A stretch of 20,237 nucleotides of DNA from Candidatus Fervidifonticultor quintus. GTDB lineage: Bacteria > Sysuimicrobiota > Sysuimicrobiia > Sysuimicrobiales > Humicultoraceae. The notes beneath the pieces are model-generated. The model was given only the letters and a program-made list of their open reading frames with translations. It had not been told where the DNA came from and ran no database searches. Location: positions 1 through 20,237 of the forward strand of contig JAVKIJ010000057.1 of the NCBI GenBank assembly GCA_031459535.1, in the 5' to 3' direction. The position numbers and the translations under genes were made by a program. Shown here piece after piece: positions 1-7,400 of the stretch (positions are counted from its first letter, which is position 1; each line of letters starts with the position of its first letter).

Positions 1-204
1 TGCCATCGCGGGACGGACGCTCGCCGCGCTCTCACGGGCGCACCCGGCGGCTTAGCCCGCGGTCAGACGACCGCGCTTCGTCCGCAGCTCAGAGGGGGTC
101 TTCCGTCGGCCCGGCCGGCAGGGCTCTCAGCCGCTGACCCTGCCTCTCTCAGCCGCCCATCGCGGCGTCGGCCTCAGCTCGACGTACTCGTCCTCGTCTT
201 CGCC
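1..204 (-). ncRNA. T-box riboswitch leader, 5' portion (Stem I, Stem II, Stem IIA/B); antiterminator or sequestrator lies beyond the left edge
   Basis: The minus strand reads GGCGAAGACGAGGACGAGTA (K-turn GA motif plus AGTA box), then CGTCG...AGAGAG (AG bulge, 144-149), apical stem GCAGGG/CCCTGC with a GCTGAGA loop (125-131), CGACG, and GAA-G-ACC-C-CCTC-TGAGC (specifier loop; GAGG pairs with CCTC). A Stem II hairpin CGCGGTC-GTCT-GACCGCG (58-75) and GGG-TGCG-CCC-GTGA-GAGCGC (IIA/B pseudoknot, F-box-like, 26-45) follow. Confidence 0.88.
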
Positions 205-217
205 GATCTTCCAGGTC

Positions 218-247
218 ATCTTACGGGGACTGTCAGGGCGATGTCAA
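218..247 (-). promoter_or_regulatory. sigma70-type promoter for the T-box leader
   Basis: Perfect -35 TTGACA (242-247), 18-nt spacer and -10 TAAGAT (218-223). The predicted TSS (~211) lies just before Stem I. Confidence 0.8.
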
Positions 248-276
248 ATGCCGCAACCGAGCCGCCCCGTCGCCGA

Positions 277-990
277 TCAGCCTCCGAGCTCTGCTGCGGC
301 CCGGGCCAGCACCGTGCGCGCCAGCAGCACGGGCCTGCCGGTCCTGGCGCGGACCTCGCGCTTGAGCGCGACGGTGTAGCCCAGGCAGTCGAGCACCACC
401 ACGTCGACCCCGGCGGTCACGAAGTCCCTGCAGGCCGCCTCGAGGTCCCCAGCCGCATACGGTGAGAAGGCCCGCACTGTGACGGCCGCGGCCACCTCGT
501 GCCACCGGCGCTCCTGGTCAGCGATCTGCCGGGGCGACGGGGTCAGCACTCCCACGTGCCCGCGGCCGATGACGGCGCGCGCGGTCTGAAAGAGCAGCTG
601 CTCAGGATACAGGAGCATCCGCCTGCTCCGGAACCGCGGGAATGTGCCGGTGCACAGCATCAGGATGAGGTCCACATGGTCCTGGAGCCGGTCGACGCAG
701 GCCTGCACGCGAGGCAAGACGTGCCGGCGGCCCAGCAGCACCTCGCGTCCATCCCGGAGCACAGTCACCAGGGTGTGGTCGTCATCGGCGGGCGCCATGG
801 CCGCGATCTCATCGTTGGACAGGCCGTCGAGCGCGCCTGCTTCGATAATGCGGAGCCCCGGGCCCAGCAACGGGGAAATCTCGTCGGTGATGTCCCGGCG
901 CGGGCTCTGCCCAATGGTAATCGCGCCGACCGCACCCAACAGATGACCCGGAGCCGACCCCAGATTCGCTGCAGGCTGGCTAGAAGACAT
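277..990 (-). CDS. aroM: AroM family protein (Asp/Glu/hydantoin racemase-like fold)
   Basis: Motifs ITIGQSPRxD, EAGALDGL, LVTVLRDG, LMLCTGTF and VLDCLGY are typical of AroM proteins. The ATG at 990 overlaps the DUF917 stop; the exact start is uncertain. Confidence 0.85.
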   Translation of the reverse strand: MSSSQPAANLGSAPGHLLGAVGAITIGQSPRRDITDEISPLLGPGLRIIEAGALDGLSNDEIAAMAPADDDHTLVTVLRDGREVLLGRRHVLPRVQACVDRLQDHVDLILMLCTGTFPRFRSRRMLLYPEQLLFQTARAVIGRGHVGVLTPSPRQIADQERRWHEVAAAVTVRAFSPYAAGDLEAACRDFVTAGVDVVVLDCLGYTVALKREVRARTGRPVLLARTVLARAAAELGG

Positions 991-2065
991 ACCGCACGAC
1001 CTCCTTGCCGACCGCCCGCTCCACGTCCCGGAACAGCTCGGGATCCCGCATGCCCGCGCCGAGGATGAGCCGCCCACGGGGTGCGGCCAGCAGCAGGACC
1101 TCCATGTCTTGTCTGATCTCCGCGGAAGCCAGCGGCATGCCGTCCCGCGCGTTCAGCGTCGCGATGAGATCGGGAAACGTCGCCGTGCGCTCGCCGTCGC
1201 TGTCAAAGGTCATGTATTCGTTCCAGAAGGTGAGCTCGTGGCGGCCCGCTCGTCCGGCCACGACCACCGCGCCAACGTCATAGCCACCAGAGACCGCCAA
1301 TCGCGCAGACTCCACGACCCCCACATCCACGATGCGACCGCCCAGATACTCGGCTGCGGCCTGGGCGGCTGCCGCGCCCCCACGCTGTCGCGCGGCCAGC
1401 AGCGTCTGGCCCAGGGCCACCGCCTGGGAGATGGCGCCGGGTGCGGCATGGTCCCGCACGTACGACACGGGGACCGGGTCTCGGGCGACGGCAACGAGCC
1501 CTCCGGCCTGCACAGAAGCCATGCGGGTCATCTGCGCGGTCTTCAACAGCGATCCGACCGAGTGCACCTCGAGGTAGTGCCCGGTCGCCGGATTTCCCCC
1601 AACAGCGGCCTGGTGTGACACGTATCCCGACACCCGGTGCAGACCCATGGCGCCCATGACGCCCGTAGGATGGGCGCGGCCGTTGCACGGAGCATCCAAT
1701 ACCGGCACACCCAGTGCCGCTGCCTGCAGCCAGCCGTTGACCGTGCCGCCCGCGCCGTTCTCGTTGGCGATGAACCCGCCGGGGCGGATGCCCGCGCGTT
1801 CCACGAGCACCTGCGCGGCGCGCACGAAGTCCACCGGCCGCACGAATTGGGCTTGCGGCGATGGCGCCCCGACCAGGGCCGCGGTCACGATCAGCGCATC
1901 AGGTGGCACCTCGTCCACCGAGACCAGTTCCGGCATCCCGTAGCTGACAGCCAGGCGGGCGCGCTGCAGGCCGTCAGGAATCCACCCGCCCCCACCGCCG
2001 CCGAGGACGGCGCCGCCGATGACGGCGGGTTCCACATGCTCTTGGGTCAACACGATCCGACTCAT
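980..2065 (-). CDS. DUF917 family protein (S-methyl thiohydantoin desulfurase-like domain)
   Basis: N-terminal GGAVLGGGGGG, ENGAGGTVNGW, LDAPCNGRAHP, GGYDVG and FWNEYM...ATFPDLI match DUF917 proteins. GAGG precedes the ATG. Confidence 0.85.
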   Translation of the reverse strand: MSRIVLTQEHVEPAVIGGAVLGGGGGGWIPDGLQRARLAVSYGMPELVSVDEVPPDALIVTAALVGAPSPQAQFVRPVDFVRAAQVLVERAGIRPGGFIANENGAGGTVNGWLQAAALGVPVLDAPCNGRAHPTGVMGAMGLHRVSGYVSHQAAVGGNPATGHYLEVHSVGSLLKTAQMTRMASVQAGGLVAVARDPVPVSYVRDHAAPGAISQAVALGQTLLAARQRGGAAAAQAAAEYLGGRIVDVGVVESARLAVSGGYDVGAVVVAGRAGRHELTFWNEYMTFDSDGERTATFPDLIATLNARDGMPLASAEIRQDMEVLLLAAPRGRLILGAGMRDPELFRDVERAVGKEVVRYVF

Positions 2066-2078
2066 GGGTGCTGCCTCG

Positions 2079-2098
2079 ATGCTATCACGACGCGTCGT
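2079..2098 (-). promoter_or_regulatory. possible extended -10 promoter (TGnTAGCAT) with an adjacent 12-bp palindrome upstream of DUF917
   Basis: Minus-strand TG-A-TAGCAT at 2079-2087 and perfect palindrome ACGACGCGTCGT at 2087-2098, within the 49-nt intergenic gap. Confidence 0.35.
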
Positions 2099-2114
2099 CC
2101 GCGGCGCGGTGGGC

Positions 2115-3071
2115 CTAGCGCGGCGCCCCGTCGACGTAGATCGCCGACGGAAAGGCGAACTGATGGGTGCCCGCGCCCATGCTCCCCAAGGCCACCCACC
2201 CGGCCCCGGTCATGTCGTCGAAGCGGATCAGCCGGTGCGCCTCGTCCGAGACGTAGATGCGGCCCGCGGCGTCCACGAACAGACCGGTCGGGAACGAGAA
2301 CTCGCCTGCGCCGGTGCCAATCCGCCCGAATGTGGTCCACCCTGCTCCGGTCATGTCATTGATCCGCACCACGCGGTCGTTGCCCGAATCGGTCACGTAG
2401 ACGCGGCCAGCGACGTCGACCGCGACGCTGGCGGGGAAATCCAGCTGGCCGGGCCCGCTGCCCGTCCGTCCGTAGGCGACCCAGCCGGCCCCGGTCATGT
2501 CGTCGGTGCGCACGATGCGATCGTTGAGGGCGTCGGCGACATAGAGGCGTCCCGCGCGGTCCAGGAAGATCCCCTGGGGAAAATTGAACTGGCGGACCCC
2601 ACTGCCACGGCTCCCCAGGGCGATCCAGCCGGCCCCGGTCATGTCGTTGACGCGCACGATGCGGCAGTTGGGGGGATCGGAAACGTAGATGCGGCCCTGC
2701 GCGTCCACAGCCACCCCCACGGGGAACTCGAACTCACCCACCCCTGCCCCTCTCCGGCCGAAGGCGACCCATCCTCCGCCGGTCATGTCATTGACCCGGA
2801 CGACGCGGAAGTGTCCCGAGTCCGTGGTGTAGATGCGGCCGGCGCCGTCCAGGCTGATGCCGGACTGGAAGGCGAAGAAACCGGTGCCCGACTCGCGGAC
2901 GCGCAGCGCCGTCCACCCCGCGCCGGCCATGTCGTCGATGCGGACGACGCGGGCGTTGCCCGGATCGGTGAGGTAGATCCCCGCCCGGCGGACCTGCGCC
3001 AGGCCCGGCGGGGCTGCCGCCAGCGCCGCGAGGAACACAAAGGCCGCCAGGCGCCTACCAGCCCAGGGCAT
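2115..3071 (-). CDS. secreted NHL-repeat six-bladed beta-propeller protein
   Basis: Signal peptide MPWAGRRLAAFVFLAALAAAPPGLA, then six repeats of about 48 aa: F.FP.G..vD..GRIYV.D..N.R.VR..DMTGAGW...G..G.G. The ATG at 3071 overlaps the end of the GGT gene. Confidence 0.9.
   Translation of the reverse strand: MPWAGRRLAAFVFLAALAAAPPGLAQVRRAGIYLTDPGNARVVRIDDMAGAGWTALRVRESGTGFFAFQSGISLDGAGRIYTTDSGHFRVVRVNDMTGGGWVAFGRRGAGVGEFEFPVGVAVDAQGRIYVSDPPNCRIVRVNDMTGAGWIALGSRGSGVRQFNFPQGIFLDRAGRLYVADALNDRIVRTDDMTGAGWVAYGRTGSGPGQLDFPASVAVDVAGRVYVTDSGNDRVVRINDMTGAGWTTFGRIGTGAGEFSFPTGLFVDAAGRIYVSDEAHRLIRFDDMTGAGWVALGSMGAGTHQFAFPSAIYVDGAPR
2200..2945 (-). repeat. intragenic tandem repeat encoding the NHL blades (DDMTGAGW core)
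   Basis: The core catgtc(g/a)t, preceded by ccgg(t/c), starts at 2211, 2352, 2496, 2640, 2784 and 2928. Spacings of 141, 144, 144, 144 and 144 nt are all multiples of 3. Confidence 0.85.
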
Positions 3072-4842
3072 AGTTTCGCTCTCCCCGCGAGCTCGCCGCA
3101 CCCTCGATCACGCCCCGCGCCGGATCCGCAGCCACCGCGGTTGTGAGGTTCAGGCTCCAGCCCGGCACCGTGCGTACCCTGTGGCCTCGGGCCCGGAGAT
3201 CGTCCAGCACCTCGGCCGGGATCCGGCCTTCAACGACCAGCTCACCGGGCCGTGGTTTGCGGGGGTAGAACGAACTCGGCATGTGTTCCGAGTGGAACGC
3301 CGGCGCGTCAATCGCATCCTGGAGGTCCATCCCGAAATCCACCACGTTGAGGAAGAACTGGAGCGTCCACTGGTCCTGCTGATCCCCGCCCGGCGTGCCA
3401 AACACCATCCACGGTCGGTCGCCCCGGAGCACCAGTGACGGCGACAGTGTGGTCCGCGGCTGCTTGCGCGGCCGCAGCGCCGCCGGGTGATCGGGGTCGT
3501 GGAGCCAGAACATCTGGCAGCGGGTGCCCAGGCAGAAACCCAATCCAGGGATGACGGGCGACGACCGGAACCATCCGCCGCTGGGCGTGCCGGAGAACAT
3601 GTTGCCTTCTTCGTCGATCGCGCGCGTCCCGGTGGTCCCTCCCGCCCACGGGCGGGGATTGCCCTCGCCGATCGCGGCCGGCGCTTCCGCTCCCTCGTAC
3701 GCGAACGGATCGCCAGGTCGCTGTTCCAGCGAGGCCTGACGGGGGGCGATCAACTGTCGCCGGTGGTCCGCGTAGGCCTTCGAGAGCAATCCGGCCAGCG
3801 GGACGCGGGTGAAGTCTGGATCACCGTAGTAGCGCTCGCGGTCGGCGAACGCCAGCTTGCTGACCTCGACCACAGTGTGGATGTAGTCGGCCGAGTTGTG
3901 CCCCAGGCGCCGCAGATCGAACCCCTCAAGCAGATTGAGCTGCTGGAGGAACACCGGCCCCTGGCTCCACGGCCCGCACTTGTAGACGTGGCATCCGCGG
4001 TAGCTCGCGGCCACCGGTGCCTCAATCCGCGTCTGGAACGTGGCGAGATCGTCCTCGGTCAGCAGACCCGAGGAGACCACCCCGGTGTGGTCCTTGACCC
4101 GCGTCTCCCGTTGGAATGCGACGATCTCAGCGGCGATGTCGCCACGGTAGAACCGGTCGCGCGCGGCCTGCAACGCGGCGCTTCGTCCCCGAGCGCGCGC
4201 GTTGTGTTCGGCCTCGACCAGCCGCTCGAACGTCCGCGCCAGGTCCGGATTGCGCCAGATCTCGCCGACGGAGGGCGCGCGGTCGCCCGGCAGCAGCAGC
4301 GCCGCCGAGGTCGGCCACTCGGCGCGGAACCAGGGCGCCAGGCTCTCGATCCAGGCCTGCATCGTCTCGTACACCGGGAATCCGTTCGCGGCCAGTTCGA
4401 TCGCCGGCGCCAGGACCTCTCGCAACGTCAGCCGGCCAAAGCGATCCAGCGCCACAATCAGCGCATCGGGCGCGGCAGGAACGCCGGCCGGGAGAAATCC
4501 GTCGCCGGGAATCGTAGAGATCCCGCGTTCGCGGAACCAGTCAATGGTGGCCGCGGCCGGCGCCCGTGTGTTGCCGTTGATGGCCACCACCCGCCGCTGG
4601 GCGGCGGAGTAGATCAAGATCGGCATCTCCCCGCCGAAGCCGTAGCTCTGGAATTCCAGGACCGACTGGGCGAAGGCCATGGCCACACCGGCGTCAATAG
4701 CATTGCCACCCAGCTCGCGCATCTGCATTCCGGCCAGGGCCGCCAGATAGTGGCCGCAGGCCACGACGAGGTGCCGGCCGCGGATGACCGGTCGGGTCGC
4801 GCTGCCCGCCGCCTCGAACCCGTGATAGGCCTCGGTACTCAT
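3055..4842 (-). CDS. gamma-glutamyltransferase family Ntn hydrolase (no signal peptide, YwrD/HpxW-like)
   Basis: Motifs GGNAIDAGVA, GFGGE, LAPAIELAANGFP, FYRGDIA, SKLAFADRERYYGDP, a putative autocleavage Thr in GG|TTGTRAIDEEGN, PRTTLSP and FGTPGGDQQ. The ATG at 4842 follows GAGGGGGA. Confidence 0.93.
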   Translation of the reverse strand: MSTEAYHGFEAAGSATRPVIRGRHLVVACGHYLAALAGMQMRELGGNAIDAGVAMAFAQSVLEFQSYGFGGEMPILIYSAAQRRVVAINGNTRAPAAATIDWFRERGISTIPGDGFLPAGVPAAPDALIVALDRFGRLTLREVLAPAIELAANGFPVYETMQAWIESLAPWFRAEWPTSAALLLPGDRAPSVGEIWRNPDLARTFERLVEAEHNARARGRSAALQAARDRFYRGDIAAEIVAFQRETRVKDHTGVVSSGLLTEDDLATFQTRIEAPVAASYRGCHVYKCGPWSQGPVFLQQLNLLEGFDLRRLGHNSADYIHTVVEVSKLAFADRERYYGDPDFTRVPLAGLLSKAYADHRRQLIAPRQASLEQRPGDPFAYEGAEAPAAIGEGNPRPWAGGTTGTRAIDEEGNMFSGTPSGGWFRSSPVIPGLGFCLGTRCQMFWLHDPDHPAALRPRKQPRTTLSPSLVLRGDRPWMVFGTPGGDQQDQWTLQFFLNVVDFGMDLQDAIDAPAFHSEHMPSSFYPRKPRPGELVVEGRIPAEVLDDLRARGHRVRTVPGWSLNLTTAVAADPARGVIEGAASSRGERNYALGW

Positions 4843-4881
4843 CCCGTCCCCCTCGCACGGAGCCCGAACATCACGTGGTCC

Positions 4882-4892
4882 AGAATAGCACA
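4882..4892 (-). promoter_or_regulatory. extended -10 promoter (TGTGCTATTCT) for the GGT operon
   Basis: TG-C-TATTCT lies about 40 nt upstream of the GGT ATG. It is preceded by the inverted repeat CCCGCGGTC...GACCGCGGG (~4894-4929). Confidence 0.5.
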
Positions 4893-4948
4893 GCCCGCGG
4901 TCCGCACCGAGGGGGCCGCGACCGCGGGCAGGCCAACCCGGGGCTCTG

Positions 4949-6180
4949 TCAACTATCGTTCCACAGGCGGTCGAAGCCGGAGCGCAGCAGCCAGTCCGTC
5001 GCGAGCCGAAACCGGCGATACTGCCGTTCGTATGGCTCGCGGGCGCTGTCCTGGGGGAGGACCACACCCGGGTGCCGAACCATTGCCCGGACGGCGGTAG
5101 GAATGTCCGGGAACGAGCCGGTGCCCACAGCGGCCAGGACGGCGGCTCCCAGGCCGGCCAGCTCCGGGTTCGCTGGTATCCGCAGGCGCCGACCCAGCAC
5201 GTCCGCCACGATCTGCCTCCACAGGGTGCTCCGGGAACCGCCAGCACGGACGACCGGGTCGCCGACGGCGTACCCCGACTCCTCCACGACCTCAACGCAC
5301 CGGCGCAGGTGGAACGCCACGCCCTCCAGCGTCGCCCGGACGAGGTGGGCCCGGCCGTGCCGGGCGCTCATCCCCAGGAAAGCGCCGCGCACTGTCGTAT
5401 CGAACGATGGCGTGCCCCCGCCCAGCAGGTAGGGCAAGAACAACATCCCTTCCGAACCGGGTGGAATCTGTGCGGCTTGGTCTTCACAGGATGAGACGTC
5501 GAGCCGCCTGTCGCCGCCCAGGAGTTCCAGCGTCCAGCGCAGCGCGTACCCGCCGGCGTACACCGAACCCAGCAGATACCACAGACCCGGGATGACGTGC
5601 GGGTTGAGGATGGTCCCCACCGGTCCGGTGAGCCATCGGCAGACGGTGAGAACCTGTCCGGCACTGCTGAGGGTGATGGCCGTATCACCCACTTCCAGCG
5701 AACCGGCTCCCAGCACCGTACACGCCATGTCCGCGGCGCCAGCGACCACCGGCGTGCCAGGGGGAACTCCGGTACTCGCAGCCGCTTCCTCGGTGACATA
5801 CCCACTGGTCACCGCCGAATCGAGCACCTGCGGGAGGTGCCGCAGGTCCAGGCCCAGCCTGGCCACTAAGTCCAAGGCCCAGGTACGCTCCCGCACGTCG
5901 TAGAGGAGGGTTCCCGCGGCATCGGTCAGGTCAGTGGCGGCCACTCCAGTGAGGCGCAGACGAACGTAATCCTTCGGCAGCAGAAACCGCCACGTGCCCT
6001 CGTAGACCTGGGGTTCGTGGCGGCGGACCCACACCAGTTTGGTTACCGTCGCAGGCGTCCGCACCCAGCCCCCCGTGCGCTGGTGCACCTCGTCCCCGTA
6101 CCGGCTCCTGATCTCCTCGGCCTCCGAGTGCGAACGGGTGTCTGTGTACACGATGCAGGGCCGAATGGGAAGTTTTCCTG
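4949..6180 (-). pseudogene. FGGY-family carbohydrate kinase (xylulokinase-like), 5'-truncated
   Basis: The frame reads GKLPIRPCIVYTDTR (equivalent to the internal PLRPAILWxDxR motif), KLVWVR, LLPKDYV, TDLTDAAGTLLYD, FLPYLLGG, RATLEGVAF and GGSRSTLWRQIVADVLG. About 90 N-terminal residues, including the GxDxGT phosphate-binding motif, are missing. The frame runs into the tRNA upstream and has no RBS. Confidence 0.8.
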
Positions 6181-6205
6181 CGCAGGATGCGGGAACCGGG
6201 CTGAG

Positions 6206-6280
6206 TGGTGGGCGCTGCAGGATTTGAACCTGCGACCCCCATCGCGTCAGGATGGTGCTCTACCCCTGAGCTAAGCGCCC
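6206..6280 (-). tRNA. tRNA-Val (anticodon GAC)
   Basis: Cloverleaf: acceptor GGGCGCT/AGCGCCC, D arm GCTC/GAGC, anticodon arm CCATC-CTGACGC-GATGG, T arm GCAGG-TTCAAAT-CCTGC, discriminator A and encoded CCA; 75 nt. Confidence 0.97.
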
Positions 6281-6290
6281 GCGCCGTCTC

Positions 6291-6320
6291 ATTATAGAGA
6301 GACCATCGCCGCAGGCGCAA
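6291..6320 (-). promoter_or_regulatory. sigma70 promoter of tRNA-Val
   Basis: -35 TTGCGC (6315-6320), 18-nt spacer and perfect -10 TATAAT (6291-6296), 10 nt before the tRNA 5' end. Confidence 0.75.
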
Positions 6321-6334
6321 GGCGCGGCGTTCGT

Positions 6335-7366
6335 TCACCCGCTGCCGGCGAGGCCTTCGATCGTGGCGCGCATGGCTGCCGCGCCGTCGTCGCCGACCGG
6401 AAACGGATAGACGGCGACCAGATCGGCTCCGGCCTCGTGGTATGCGTTCAGTCCCTCTCGCACGTCTGCCGCCGATCCCACCACGGCCATCTGGGCGAGC
6501 AGCGCCTCCGGCACGGCGCGCGCAGCCGCATCCGGCCCGCCGGCCTGCCACGCAGCGCCGATGCGCGCGACCTCGGCGCCGAAGCCGGCTGCGCCCAGGG
6601 CCTGCGCGTAGGCCGGCATGGCCGCGTACGTGGCCAGCAGCCGCCGCACCACGCCCCAGGCCTCCGGCGCACGGGACGTGACGGCCACGCGCACATAGCA
6701 CACGACGCGGACGTCGCCGGGGTCGCGGCCTGCCCGGGCGGCGGCATCCCGAACCACGGCGGCGGCGCGGCGTATGCTCGCAGGCGTCGCCCAGTTGAGG
6801 ATGACGCCGTCGGCGATCTCCCCGGCCAGACGGAGCATCCGTTCCCCCAACGCCGCCAGGTAGATGGGCACGGCATGCTGCGGCGCAGCCTCGAGCCGGA
6901 ACGCCTCGACCCTGAAGACGCGGCCCGGGAACCTGACGGTGTGGCCGGCCAGGGCGGCCCGCACGATCGCGACGTACTCCCGCATGGCATCTACGGGCCG
7001 GCGGTAGCGCCGCCCGTACCCTGCTTCGACCAGACGTCGATGTCCGACGCCCAGCCCCAGGATGAACCGCCCGCCGCTGAGGTCGGCGAGCGTGGCCGCC
7101 GCCATCGCGGCGAGGGCCGGCGGCCTGCTGTGGATGGGCATGATGCCCGAACCGAGGCGCACGCGTACCGCGAGCGCCGCCGCAGCGCCGAGCATGCTCA
7201 ACAGTTCCCGCCCACTGCCCTCGGGAAACCACACGCTGTCGTAGCCGAGGCGGTCGGCCGCTTCCGCCAGCTCGAGCAGCGTACCCGGCGGCAGCAGGCT
7301 GCCGGGGCCCGCCGGCGCCAGCAGGTCGCGCAACACCACGCCCAGCGGCCGGCCGGCGGCCCTCAT
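6335..7366 (-). CDS. LLM-class (luciferase-like) flavin/F420-dependent oxidoreductase, Mer-like
   Basis: Motifs AEAADRLGYDSVWFPE, RLGSGIMPIHSRPPALAAMAAATLADLSGGRFILGLGVG and VPIYLAALGERMLRLAGEIADG. The ATG at 7366 is an estimated start. Confidence 0.9.
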   Translation of the reverse strand: MRAAGRPLGVVLRDLLAPAGPGSLLPPGTLLELAEAADRLGYDSVWFPEGSGRELLSMLGAAAALAVRVRLGSGIMPIHSRPPALAAMAAATLADLSGGRFILGLGVGHRRLVEAGYGRRYRRPVDAMREYVAIVRAALAGHTVRFPGRVFRVEAFRLEAAPQHAVPIYLAALGERMLRLAGEIADGVILNWATPASIRRAAAVVRDAAARAGRDPGDVRVVCYVRVAVTSRAPEAWGVVRRLLATYAAMPAYAQALGAAGFGAEVARIGAAWQAGGPDAAARAVPEALLAQMAVVGSAADVREGLNAYHEAGADLVAVYPFPVGDDGAAAMRATIEGLAGSG

Positions 7367-7400
7367 CGGCGGGACCAGCGACCGGTCGTCGGCGCCATCT

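Noticed and set aside
127..219. 30-codon minus-strand ORF MTWKIGEDEDEYVELRPTPRWAAERGRVSG as a leader peptide
   Set aside because: Its ATG overlaps the -10 box upstream of the predicted TSS, and the sequence is explained by T-box Stem I.
2200..2945. Regularly spaced DNA repeats resembling a CRISPR array
   Set aside because: The period is 141-144 nt and in frame, the repeats are degenerate at codon positions, they encode NHL blades, and no cas genes are present.
4843..5295. N-terminal extension of the 746-aa GGT ORF
   Set aside because: It overlaps the kinase frame and a likely promoter. GGT homology and an RBS point to the ATG at 4842.
6150..6230. Intact integrative element or prophage at tRNA-Val
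   Set aside because: I found no integrase and no convincing duplicate of the tRNA 3' end in the window; only a scar can be argued.
6243..6251. G37 after the GAC anticodon as an unusual tRNA feature
   Set aside because: It is less common than A37 but, as I recall, also occurs in other tRNA-Val(GAC) genes such as plastid trnV-GAC. Val identity elements A35, C36 and A73 are intact.
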